NCBI GenBank assembly: GCA_002104905.1
Contig: MCFE01000255.1
Span: 48,689 to 112,688, forward strand
DNA length: 64,000 bases
Reading direction: 5' to 3'
Source of the DNA: Basidiobolus meristosporus CBS 931.73
Taxonomy: Eukaryota; Fungi; Basidiobolomycota
Shown: positions 10,601 through 23,459 of the stretch, in pieces
How the letters are laid out: each line of letters opens with the position of its first letter
Numbering within the stretch: position 1 is the first letter of the stretch
Program-made: the position numbers and the translations under genes
The notes under the pieces: generated by a model
What the model saw: the letters and a program-made list of their open reading frames with translations, nothing else
Told to the model about the DNA's origin: nothing
The model's database searches: none

Positions 10601-13600
10601 TGTTGTAAAAATTTGTAATTTCACCTCAATATTCACATCACTTAGTCACTTGGATCATTACCTACAAATCTTAGAGAATACTGACCAAATTCCTTGTTGG
10701 GATTTACTTGGAATATTTTCACCAGACTATCAGGTACCCAGAACATGAAAATTCTCAAAGCTGTCCAAACAGCCCCAAACTTTGCACACATGCTCTTGGG
10801 ACCTTCCTAAACTTTTTATACATATTTGCTCTGCTAAGACCATGTAAAAGTATAATTTCTACTTTTACATTCAATCAATCATTAAGTGAAACCACATGAT
10901 CTACTTGTTCTCCCCATCACTTCTAATATCTCCAAGACTGCTACTGCAGGTTATGAGCCCCAAGTTGCCATTCTCTGCAATGCTTACTACTGCTATTACT
11001 GGAATTTCCCCTCTGCTGAAAAGTTGGATGGATCTAACTACCCAGTGTGGCTGGTGAAGATGAAGATGCTGCTGCAAGAAAGAGGCCTTTAGGATGTTGT
11101 CATAGGAGAAGAATGCCCTTGTAAAAATGTGGGAGAGGAAGCCTTAGAGTACCAGAAGAAAGTACAATGAGCCTTTAACTGCATTTGCTTGAATGTCAAA
11201 GACAAATTACAAATTCAATGCTCAAGAGTAAATACCACATAGAATGCCTGGAAGGCATTAAAAGACACATAATAGTCATGTGCAGCTGCTAAGAAAATGT
11301 GTATTTGCCAAAGATTCCTTATTACAAAGATGCTGCCAGGAGAAGAAATGAAAAATATAATAAACAGAATTACCCTGCTGGTGGGTGAGATGGAATCTGT
11401 AGGTGTACCAACTACTGATGAGGATGTTACAGTTACCATCCTGAATTGCCTGACAGATATGTTTCAGGGCCTTGTATCAGCCCTAGAGCTCAGAACTGAA
11501 GATTGACTTTAAAATACGTATATGGAAGGCTCCTGGATGAGAATTAAGATAATCATGCACCAAAAAGAAGGAATAAGAAAAAGCTTTAATAAGCAGTGAT
11601 AACCAACAAAGGAGATACTCAAGACCCTTTGAAGGCAACAGCAATCTGCTTTGCAATTGCTGCAAAAGGAAAGGACGCACATTACGTTGTAAGAGTCTTG
11701 GAGATATTGGATGTGATTGGGAGAACAAGTAGATTATGTGGTTTTCACTTAATGATTTATTGAATGTAAAAGTAGTATTTATACTTTTACCTGGTCTTGG
11801 CATTACAAACACCTAGAATAGGTCAAGGAAGGTCCCAAGAACATGTATGCAAAGTTTGGGGTTGTTTGGACAACTTTGAGAATCTTCATGTTCTGGGTAC
11901 CTGGTATTTTGGTGAAAATATTCTAAGTAAATCCCAACAAGGAATTTGGTCAGTATTCTCTAGAATTTGAAGGTGATGATCTAAGTGACTAAGTTAGGTG
12001 AATATTTAGGTGGAAATACAAATTTTTACGACACATTAGACTGGTGCTTCAAATAGAGAGATAATCAGCAAAAGTAGCCAGAATATGGAAATGCTGCAAC
12101 AACTGAAGATAGACTATTCATATCTGCCCTAACTATGACCACAGACAAGGATTCTCAGATGTGGTACATTGGCTCTGGAGCATCTCAACACCTTACACAC
12201 CAGAAAGAACATTCTACTCAATATCAAGAAGTTCCAATTAAGAAGGTTTTCATGGGTGACAATAGAACACTTGATGCAGTGGGAGAAAGAACTATCCAAG
12301 TAAGCCTTAGAAGCATTGATGGAAGCCATACACTTTCCTTCAAAGAAGTACTCTATGTACCAGAAATGGCTAAGAGCCTACTATCTGTAACCAAGGTCAC
12401 TTCTGAAGGACTCAGTCTCAGCTTTGACAATTCTGGATGCAGGGTTGCTGGTCAAAATGGTGTCCATATTGCTTTAGGTATCAGAGATCAGAATCTATAC
12501 AAGTTGATATATATTCCATTGTATCTGGAAGCCAATATAAGTAACTTAAATGAAGAAACACCAATGCTTTGGCACAGGAGATTTGGATGCATTAATTTTG
12601 ATTATTTGTGCAAAATGATCCAAGATCAGCTAATATCCAGAATGAAAATTGATCCCCCAGCTAATGTGAAGCACTGTAAAGCCTACATATTTGGGAAAAA
12701 AGCCAGACAACTGTTCAGGAGCTCTGGATTAATCAAAGCTAAAAAAATTAGATCTCAGATTTGTGTGGACCTATGTAAAATATACCCTTAGGTGGGATGA
12801 AGTATTTAATCACTTTTATTGACAATTATACAAGAAACATGTGGGTCTACTTCATGGAGAGAAAGGAAGCAGCTATGTCTAAGCTCAGGGAGCTTAAAGC
12901 CATGGTGGAGGGAGAAACCAGTGAGAAAATCAAGAAAATATGCTCCAACAATTGTAGAAAATATACCTCAAAACTCTTCATCCACATCTGCAAAACCTGT
13001 GGGATAAAGTAAGAGACTACTGTACCACACTCCCCACAGCAAAATGGAGTAGCAGAACATGCAAACAGATCAATAATTGATATGGGAAGATCCATGATCC
13101 ATTATCAAAAACTATCCTCTCATTTTTGGGCAGAATATTTGCCATAGCTGTATACCTTATATATGAGTTATAACAGAATAATTTGTGATTCTACTCCACT
13201 TGAGTCATGATATGGATACAGACAAAGTGCAGCATCTTAGAATATTTGAGTAAACAGCATATGCCAAGAAACTACCTGAAAATCAGTTACAACATGAGCT
13301 AAAAAGTGTAAAATTGATATTTTTGGGCTACTGCAATGAGAGTAGCAAATACAGACTCTACAACACTAAAGCAAAGAAGCTGATTAAGTCCAGGGATGTG
13401 CTGTCTGATGAAAATTCAGATTTTCCACAAAAAATGACATCAGATGATGACAAAAATGTGATCTTAAGTCCACCAATTATCAGGATTGAATCTGAATAAA
13501 ACAATGAAATCTTTCTCACTCCAGAGTACTCTAAAGCTGTGGTTCAGCCTGAATTAGTGCCCAAGAATATCCCAGAAGTGATCAATCCAGTATCAAATGC

Positions 13601-15569
13601 CAGGAGATCCAACAAGTCAAGAAATAGCCCAAATTACTATATCAATGAGTGTACAAACTTAGCCAATGACTATTCAGTCAATATTGATGAGCCCAGACTG
13701 TAAAAGAGACCCTAATTAGCCCACAGACAAAGTTTGGGAGATCTGCAATGACTGAGGAATATCAGGCCCTGATGGAAAATCAAACTTGAGACTAAGTCAA
13801 ATTACCAATTGACCAAAAATCAATTGGATGGAGGTGGGTCCTTAAGACAAAATACAAGGCTGATGGTACAACTGAAAGATACAAAGCAAGACTTGTAGAC
13901 AATGGATAACCTCAAGCCACAGGACTTGACTATACTGCAACCTTTGCACTGGTAACCAAGTTTAATTCCACCAGATTAATATTGGCTATTGCAGCCAATC
14001 ATAGGTTGTTTATTCATCAAATGGATGCAAAATCTGCATTTTTTAATAGGGAACTTGCTGAAGACATGTATATGAACCAGCCTGATGGGTTTGCTGACTA
14101 AGATAACACCTATCTGGTCTGCAAGCTTTAAAAATCTCTATATGGACTCAAACAATCACCAAGAGCATGGAGTTGTAAGAAAATTCTTATTTGGAATCTT
14201 TGAGTTACTAGAGGAGTAATCCTGACTATAGTATAAAGTATTAGTTGGATGGAGGAAGTCCAGTTATATTTGTTCTCTATGTGGATGATGATACAATAAC
14301 TGCCAATAACATTGAAACATTGGAAGTGACTAAATCCAGCCTATCTAAGGAGTTCAAGATGTCCAATCTAGAAGAATTAAATTATTACTTAGAGTGATAA
14401 CCTGAGTACTTCTGTCTATGGAGGGCTTTATCCCTAAGCCAATCCAAATATATTCAAGATATACAAAGAAGTACAAAATGACCAATTCTAAACTGACAGC
14501 TACCCCTATAGAGACAAACCTTAACTTGGTCAATACTCAACCAAATCAAGTGAGCTTGGTGCCATCTGAAAGCCCTAACTTTCTTTATCAATTGATAGTT
14601 GTCAGCTTGATGAGTATTGTGCTTGAAACACATCCAGATATCTCATATTCAGTGGAAGTAGTCAGTTAGCATAAGCAGAACTATGGATATGACTATATTG
14701 CAGCAGTTGAGCAGATTACCTAAAAGGAATTGCTAATATCTGCTTAAGGCACACCTAAAAAGAATTACAACAAGGTTCTATTGGATACTCTGATGCTGAT
14801 TGGGGAAGAAATTTGGAAGACAGAAGATCCACCACAGGATACACCTTGATTTACTGCAAAGGGTCATTTCATGTAATTCAAGAAAGCAACCAACCATAGT
14901 ACTCTCTACAACAGAGGCAGTGTATATGGCAGCCTGTGAAATCACAAAAGAAGCAATGTGGATAAGAAAGCTTTTACAGATTTAGGCCTATGTCAAAAAA
15001 CGCCTATTACTTTATTTCAAGATAATCAAGGATGTGTATAATTATGTATATATCCAACTTTTGATGCTAGAACTAAGCACATAGATATTAGACATCATTT
15101 CATATGTGAAGCTATAGAGAATAACTTACTTAGCTCAGTTTGCTGTCCTACAGGTGAAATGATTGCAGATACCTTAGGTAAAAATTGGGACTAGTTAGCA
15201 TGGAAATTGAGTTGAGTGGGAGCATGGTAAAATTTGTATTTCCACCTAAATATTCACATAATTCAGTCACTTAGATCATCACCTACAGATCTTAGAGAAT
15301 ACTGACCAAATTCCTGAATGGGATTTACTTAGAATATTCTCATCAATATATCAGATACCCAGAACATGAAAATTCTTGAAGTTGTCCAAGCAGCCCCTAG
15401 CTCTGCATATATGTTCTTGGGACTGTCTTAAGACCATTTGCCATGGTTTTATGCCAAGACCATGTAAGAGTGTGAATACTACTTTCACATTGAATAAATC
15501 ATTATGAGGAAGCCGCATAATCTAATTGTTCTCCAAATCACCTACAATACCTCAAAGACTCTTACCACA
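10601..15569 (+). mobile_element. Ty1/Copia LTR retrotransposon, copy A (old, heavily mutated); LTRs ~10601-10948 and ~15223-15569
   Basis: LTR starts TGTTGTAAAA; PBS GGTTATGAGCCC at 10949; fragmented gag (EKLDGSNY..WLVKMKMLLQERGL), protease (WYIGSGASQH), integrase, RT and RNase H (GYSDADW) homologous to copies B and C. LTRs are divergent and no TSD was found. Confidence 0.9.
11685..12033 (-). mobile_element. Solo LTR of the same Copia family, inverted, inserted in the gag zinc-knuckle region of copy A
   Basis: Reverse complement of the family LTR; 5-bp TSD CATTA (11680-11684 and 12034-12038); removal restores sequence matching copy C gag. Confidence 0.92.
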
Positions 15570-15571
15570 AG

Positions 15572-18226
15572 GCAATCATAGTGCTGGCAGCATGGAATTA
15601 GTGATCCTCTTGACAATCTTATGACAGGATTGTGACAGTGTTTGGCTGATTTCACTGCTGAATAGGTTAATAAACTTAACAAGGTTTTAGCAGTCCTTAT
15701 GCAGGATTTGTATTAATTTCTCACAGCCTTATTGTGGTCCTTATATACTTAAGCAGAACCAGCCAGCCAATATAAGCTAATGCCATATATGGAAAAAAAC
15801 TTGACAGTGTTTTGACAGCCTTCATACTAACAGAAGTTAGCATTATTATGGCAGCACTGCAGGCTGCAGCTAGTTCTGTATAAAGCTGCTATACTAATTT
15901 ACCTGATGGTATTTCCTTTTTTTACCTCCCCTTATATCATCCATATATTCCAATGTATAATCATCCTGCTGTATTTGCTTATCCACTACCACCATAGGTA
16001 TTCTAAATATAGTCCAAATCAAATAAAACTATGGCCACCTACTTACTTATCTCAGCATACACACACACACACACACCTGTCAGCACTGACACACTTCTAT
16101 CACCTCAACTTTACAGCTTTTCAGTGTCATACTCACAAAGTTGCCATATACCTTGTATTGCTGGTAGCATATACTTCTGGCAAACAAATGTATATTTGCT
16201 GTCACTTTTTCCATGAGTACCACCTGAATAACTACAAGATACTACTCTGTACTTAAGCAATATATTCCTGTTCACTGCTGGGCTCTAGTCACTTTATAGG
16301 TAGGCACTGCTCCTTGCTTATATGAGCTCCATATTGAGTGGTATAGAAATTGTGTTGTCCAGCCTACCTTTTGGTACTTAACTCATTACCCATGCATTAG
16401 GGCTGTTTGACTACTTAAAGCCAAAGGCATAGGTGTTTACATATGCACATCTGCCCTCACATTTTTCTACTTTTCCTGGAAATATTTGCAAAGTAACTTT
16501 TGGTACATGACCAATATATTCCTTCTCCCTGCTGGAATTTAGTCCCCCATATAGGTGCCCACTGGTTCTTATTTGCATGGATTCTGTATTGAATGATGTA
16601 GAAATTAGCTTGTAACCACAAAAACCTGGTATACTTTGGTAAAGTTGTTCTAATTAAAATAAGTTGCTTGTAGTGTCCAACCCAACCTTGCACTACTTAG
16701 CAAATTACTCATGATTTAGGGCTGCTTAGCTTCTTGATGCCAATTGCATGGGTGTCACTATGGGCACATTGGTCCCAGGAATTTTCAAACTCATCTTAGA
16801 TGTCCTTCATGTGACAACCTACTATATCCATGACAAGCTTGATGGTATTGTTCTTGATAAGGTTGGAATATAGTAGTACTTGTAGCTTGACTTGTCTTCC
16901 TATCTCCACACACATCTGCTCCATAGGAAGCTCCCAAAAGGTGAAGCAAGGTCCAATATTCCACACACACAAAGCAAGATGGCTTTAAAAGTGGATGCAA
17001 TAGTGACAGAGATCTATGCATTCACCCAAGGCAAAGGTATATTCATACTTACCTTCAAAATAGCCCTTGCTTCTTAGCTGTTTGTAATGTTTGCCATCAC
17101 TGTATCAGAGATGCTTGCACTTGACAGTTACTGATTACAATACTTCATAGCTTCTCAATATTTGTTGGACTGCATAAGCTTCCTTAGATGGGATGTTACT
17201 GGAATATATCCAGAGTGTGAGCAATGTTTTCCTCCAATGGTAGTAGATACCAGATAATTTGAACACATTATAAAAGTGCCATTTTCTGATGTGAATGCTG
17301 TGCAACTTTTAACACATGTGGGTATCAGGATGGTTTTGGGTCATATGTTGCCAGCTGCATGATAATTTTCCATTTGTAACATGTGCACATTAAGTTGCAT
17401 CTTGGAATGATTTTGGCAAGAAGTAGGAGTAAATCCTTTATGCCTCACAACTGCTATTAGTAGGAACACACCACATCTCTAGCCATTACATCACATCATT
17501 CACCAGTAGATGGATTACTTGGCTCACTTGGATCCATAAAGTATCCTTGTTATTATTTATACAGGTGCTATGTCATTGCATATTGGAATCTTGTTGGGCT
17601 CATGTAGGGTACTGTAGTTAGAGTAGATAGGCTCACAATCCATCATTGAGCCTTCTTCTTCAGAACTATTACTCTGTGTGCCATATTCAGAAGGCTGAGG
17701 TGAGTATAAAGGTGCCACAAGCTCACCTGACTCAGTTTGTGTAAGGTGATAAGTATGGCTAGGTGCCATTATAGAAGTATCAAGTGGCTGGCAAGATATT
17801 GTTGGTACAGTAGTGACTAATGAATGATCAAATATGACTTATGTGGCAAAATACTGGCTGTGATCCTAGTAATACTTTCTATACTGTGTGTGTGCTTCAT
17901 GGCTCAAAGGCTTGTTGCAATTACCACACAGACATTTTTCTCTTGTCTTATGGTGTTGAATCAAGGTAGTCTTTTCCATGGTATAAGCAGTATGACACCC
18001 ACATTGTAAAGCTATTATATCACTTTTTGTCAATAGTCATGTGAGTTTAAGACAGTCTTGCATTTGAAACATTGCACCTACATGAATGAAAGCTTCAATG
18101 ATGACCTGTCATTGTAGGCATTATGAATAAACTTGTGGCACCACATATACATGCATATATTGAGCTGTTTCCCTTTTGTTTGACTCACTTACATATATAT
18201 GCTGCCAAAAAGTTGTTCTAATTATT
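15572..18226 (-). mobile_element. CACTA/CMC transposon deletion derivative (transposase pseudogene lacking ~0.95 kb of its core)
   Basis: Colinear with 23200-26510; at ~17010 it jumps from the equivalent of ~24360 to ~25320; many stop codons. Boundaries approximate. Confidence 0.75.
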
Positions 18227-19405
18227 AGACTTGTTCCATTGTACTGTGCCAGGGCATGTGGTGCAATCTGCGGTTGTAAAGAACAATCAGGCGCAATATT
18301 ATAGCTACCAGAAGGCAGGATTGTTCTTGGACAATTTTGCACTATGTGGGACAATCTTGCACACTATGGCACAATCCGACACAATGATGTTGGCACGGAT
18401 GATTGTGCCAATTTGTAACATTTGCATCACGTGCGCAATTGGATACCGCTATTATGGCAGGTAAAATTGGGTATTTGGGTTTGTTTCTTTAATGTAAATG
18501 GAAATAAATGTGTATCACACTATAAACTACACTGATACTTACCATTTTGGTTACCATCACTCCAATTGGATGGTATCTCAGTGGTTAATTGGCCCAAAAG
18601 TATCCTGAAGCTGGCAGCCCCCAATTGGCTCATTGACTACTAAACAAGCTACCTGATTTGCCATCAAATATCCCATTTTGCCATTGAGCAAGTAAATCCC
18701 TGATCCTAGTGATTGGACAAGGTGTTGTAGCTAGCATGCAAGCTATCAGATAGGTGCAAAACAGATCCAATAGCTGCACTGGTATTACAGATGATGTATA
18801 TATATGCAGGGTGTTTATTTGAAGGGGTTCTGTCTCAAATGTGAGATGACCTTGATATTACTTTATCAAAATTTGATGATCACTGATTTGCAATGGCTTG
18901 ATTTGGATTGCAAAAAAAAAGGGTTGTTGGGATCATTACAAATAATAGCAATTCAAAGCAATTGCATCATCTTCTCCTGTGTTTTTTTCTCACAGGGATT
19001 ACTACTGAAGCATTTGGTAGTGACTCACTTTGCACACCTATACTACTTCCTGGCTGACTATCATCTGGGCTACTGTGTATTTGTAGTCAGTATTTTGCCT
19101 CCTAGTTGATGAGTGTGATGCTGCAGATTGGCCATGCCAAATTGCTCCAACTGAACCAACTGAACTGGCCTGGAGTGCCACACGCTGACGTGTTCTTTTA
19201 CTTGCCAAGGGCTCTGGTGGTTGAGGCACTTCATGTTGGTCATCATCAGTCATATATATATAAAGCAGCCTGTTTATAGTGCAGGATCAATCTGGCACTA
19301 TCTGGCACTATAATTTCTACCATCATGCCAATGGTAGGATTTAGTTACTGGTAATTTTACTCAATCTTACTTATGTTGCTCAGAGTAGTGCTTTCCTTGC
19401 TTTAT

Positions 19406-20330
19406 TTACTCCTCATAATGCTCCAGATACATTTCTCTCAGTTGATGTCTTCTTGTATGAATATACTGTCCATTGATAAGTATCTTAGCTATTTTACCTA
19501 TTCTGCTATTTTCTCCTATATATGACTTTCCTCTGTATTTACCTGCCAATATGCTGAATCTCTTCAGATATACAAATGTATGCTCTACCCTCACTCTGAA
19601 TTGACTAAATATCTTGTTGTAGAGCTTCTGCTTCCTGCTAAGCACACCATTCCTTGGCTTCCTATAAGCTGTAAGACATCCTAATATCTGACAATCCTCT
19701 CCTATATAAGCCAGGTCTGCCATACATTTCTCACCTCTACTGAATTATGGATGATTCTCTACCAAGAGGGCTTTGTAATGCCTACTTCCAGCAAATGGCC
19801 CACTAAACCAGATGATGTTACCCTCAATGTTGGACAGTGCTTGAAATGTCACACAGTGTGCCATGTACTTGCCAGAATAAAAGTGCCTCTGCCTTCTTGA
19901 AGGTCTGTTAGTCCTGACTGGGAAGGTATCCAAAATACTCCTTATATGGAACCTATTGCTGAACACTCTGAGATATGGAAGTCTATTGGAGCTTCTAAAC
20001 CTAGTACTCCAAGCTTGCTCATTCATACCCTCTGCAAGGTGGTTCTCCATTGCTGTCAGCAGGGAATGAAAGCTTCAAGGACTTTTGTTGCCATGGATGG
20101 TGGGATGAAACCTTGTTGGGCAATAGTTCTTTTAATAGAAGAGAAGCTTAACAAGGGATCTCCTTGAGTAGATTGGGGTAGATGGTCCACAGTACTTGGA
20201 ATAGATCTCCTCTAGTGTGTCAAAAGGAAATCCAGTGGTAGAGATGAAATTGATGAGAAAAGACCATTCAGATGAATAAGTCATATTAAAATTGGTAAGG
20301 ATTGGGCTGAGATGAGTTGATTCAATTTGG
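19406..20330 (-). pseudogene. Disrupted DDE_Tnp_4-like transposase of the PHIS element
   Basis: Fragments ILDTFPVRTNRP..FYSGKYMAHCVTFQ..GSRHY and MADLAYIG..RVRVEHTFVYLKRFSIL match the intact ORF at 48053-48979. Confidence 0.85.
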
Positions 20331-20739
20331 TGGAATCAGCTTTATTTATCTGATTTTCCATGCATTATGATTAAATCTCCATCAATTTCCATGTATCCCA
20401 TGACTATGCTGCAAAAATCATCCTCAAACAATGACTGGGTATTTTTATTGATGTTTTACTCACAAGTCTATAATCAAATAGAAAATCTGCAATTGATGTG
20501 ATCTGATTTGTGTCAATGCAATCCAAGATGCATCATCCATAATGTATTGAAAATTCAACAATCACATTAGTTTTCATATATATTTCATATAAGACCAGGT
20601 TGATACCAATACACCAGTGTATAAGTATCCAAATCCATCACTATGGTCCCTATACCAAGTTTCAACTCATCTTTAGTCCAACCCAGACAAAACCAATCCC
20701 CCAGATCACAAACATAGCCCAGACCAGAAAAGGCAACAT

Positions 20740-21886
20740 TGGATACGTTGAGTTCTCACCAAATGATTTCAGTATTTTCCAGGTGCCTATGATGAGCCTT
20801 CATACAGATATTTGGGCACTACTCATTAATCTAGCAGTACTAGATACCTTGCAGAGTTGACAGCAATGGAAGAACCTGAGTAGAAAGCTGTGGCATGAGC
20901 TCTACATCAAGATGCCAGCCAATGTATGTAAGAAGATTTATAACAAGATAAGTATTGAAATCAAGAATGAGCTGAGAGTGAAGGGATTTGATGAGGAAGC
21001 TGCATGGGAACAATTATGTGCGCAATTTGCTCAGTAGAGGCTGGATGCGTCCATTTGTGCCTTGACTTTGGGGACCAAAGAGATTTTGAATGAGTTTTTG
21101 CCTCAAATGACTAATGTATTATGTGATATATTAGTAGAGCTAAGTGGCTTCCAAGAGCAATATACACCAGAATCATCCAGGCAACAGTTGCAAAGTATTA
21201 GACAGAGGGTAAGTGAATACCTTGAGGAATCAGAAGGTGAGCTTCAAGAGGTAGAATACAGACCATAAGCAACATTGTCTAGATTGTGCCAACACACCTT
21301 GCTGGATTCCTTACCATCCTTTGCAACTTCAGAGCACTGGCACTCATCAGTCCAAACTATGCCAACACCCTTCACAAGAGCACCCTGCATTGACTCAACA
21401 TGTATTGGGTCAATGCGCATGCTTCAGAGCAAAACCACCAGAACCAGCCAAACTACTCAAAAAGACACAAGTCCATTGGAGCGGGCCAAGTTGCGTTGAC
21501 AACTGGCATCACATTGAACTCAGCCAAGGGCCATGCCAGTGCATCAAGTTGTGTCTGCGTGTGCCATTAAACCTGACCATCAGCAAGCATCTTCTAGTGA
21601 ACTGACTGATGATGACCCACATGAAGTGCCTCCACCACCAGAGCCTCTGGCAAGTAAAAGAACACATCAGCATGTAGCACTGCAGGCCGGCTCAGTTGCA
21701 TCATCCAGAGCAATTCAGCGCGGCCAAGCTGCAGCATTGCACTCATCAACTAGGAGGCAAAATACTGACTTCAAATACACAAGTAGCCAAGATAATCAAC
21801 AAGAAAGTAGTTTAGGTGTGCAAAGTGAATCACTACCAAATGCTTCAGTAGTAATCACTGTGAGAAAAAAGCCTAGGAGAAGATGA
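20740..21886 (+). pseudogene. PHIS accessory ORF2, copy 1 (disrupted)
   Basis: Homologous to 49390-50544 (GTKEILNEFLPQMTNVL..RQQLQSIRQRVSEYLEES..VRKKPRRR) with extra stops. Confidence 0.75.
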
Positions 21887-22639
21887 TGCAATTGCATTGA
21901 ATTGCTATTATTTGTAATGATCCAAACAACGCATCTTTTTTTGCAATCCAAATCAAGCCATTGCAAATCAGTGATTACTAAATTTTTGATATAAGCAATA
22001 TTGAGGTTGTCTCACATTTGAGACAGAACACCTATAAATAAGCACCCTGCATATGTATACATCATCTGTAATACCAGTGCAGCTATTGGATCTGTTTTGC
22101 ACCTACCTGATAGCTTGCATGCTAGCTACAACACCTTGTCCAACCACTAAGATCAGGGATTTACTTGATTAATGGGCAAAATGGGATATTTGATGGCAAA
22201 TCAGGTGGCTTGTGTATTTGTCAAAGAGCCAATTGGGGGCTGCAAGCTTCAGGATACCTTTAGACTAATTAACCGCTGGGATACCATCCAATTGGAGTAA
22301 TGGTAACCAAAATGGTAAGTTTCAGTGTAGTTTTTAGTGTGATACGCATTTATTTCCATTTACAATAATGAAACATATCCAAATACCAGATTTTACCTAC
22401 CATAGTAGCAGTATCCAATTGTGCACATGATGCAAACATTACAAGCAGGTGCAATCATTTGTGCCAACCTCATTGTGTCAGATTGTGCCATAGTGTGCAA
22501 GATTGTCCCACATGGTGCAAAATTGTCCAAGAGCAATCCTGCCTACTAGTAGCTACAATATTGCACCCAATTGTTCTTAGAGACCGTGGATTGCATTGCG
22601 CACCCTGGCACAGTACAATAGAACAAGTGTATTAAGTTG

Positions 22640-23000
22640 TCACCTAAATATTCATGCTAGCTTAGTAACATATATCTTATTCTTTGATTGGCATTCTGTC
22701 TTGACCAAATTTCTTGTTGGGATTTAGTCTGTATATTCCCACCATATTATCAGGTACCTAAATTGTGATCTTTCTCAAAGTTGTCCAAAAGCTCCCAAAT
22801 TTTGCACACACATTCATGGGACCTTCCTTGGCAAACTCTACATGTTTGTTTGCTCTATTTTATCAAAAGTAGAAATACTATACTTGTGATCAATAAATCT
22901 ATCAGTGAATAACATTTAAGTCCACTGGTTCTCCACATCACTTCCAATACTCCTCAGAATATTGCAGCAGGGTGTGAGCCCCAAGCTTGCTGTCCTCTTG
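22640..23000 (+). mobile_element. Degenerate 5' LTR plus PBS remnant of the main Copia family
   Basis: CACCTAAATATTC...ATCACTTCCAATAC LTR motifs followed by GTGAGCCCCAAG (PBS-like). Confidence 0.7.
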
Positions 23001-23459
23001 GTGTCTACTTTGCCTTGGGTCTTTTTCTGCTAGTCTGGAGAAAGACTTTTCATTCTATTGCTCTGCTAAAGTTAAAGATGACTACCACTGCTAAATGGAC
23101 TATGTTCATGGGGATATTGCTGTAGAGAACCTTATGAAAAATATCTTGGTCCCATGGGTGGATCCAATCTGGATCAGCCATCAGGATCTTGCTGACAGAC
23201 CATCATAATCCCTGCAGCTTGGAATTTGTGTCCCTCCTAACAATCTTATGACAGGATCATGATGGTGTTTTGGTAATTTTGCAACCAAATAAAGAGACAA
23301 AGCTTGACAATATTTGCATGGTGTTGTTGCGGTCTTTTAGCGCTCTATAACTATTTTAAGTGGACCCAGTTGGCCAGGACATCCAATTGCCTTGTGTGGC
23401 AAGAAACTTGACGGTATTTCAATGGCCTCACAGCAAGGTTCTGATGGCACTATATTGGC

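Larger units (their letters stand above)
18227..22630. mobile_element. PHIS-type (PIF/Harbinger-ISL2-like) DNA transposon composite: inverted right-arm fragment (~18227-19250) fused to a near-complete element (~19265-22630)
   Basis: Both outer ends are right-end TIRs (AGACTTGTTCCATTGTAC / GTACAATAGAACAAGTGT) flanked by ATT. The interior is colinear with 47900-51287, and 18227-19250 is the reverse complement of ~21600-22630. Confidence 0.85.

Noticed and set aside
10596-15574. TSD for Copia copy A and for CACTA copy 3
   Set aside because: Flanks do not match (CATGT vs AGGCA; AAT vs TTT); these copies may be recombinant or eroded, so no TSD is claimed.
16059-16076. (AC)9 microsatellite
   Set aside because: Local slippage expansion of ACGCACACAC present in CACTA copy 1; no wider significance.
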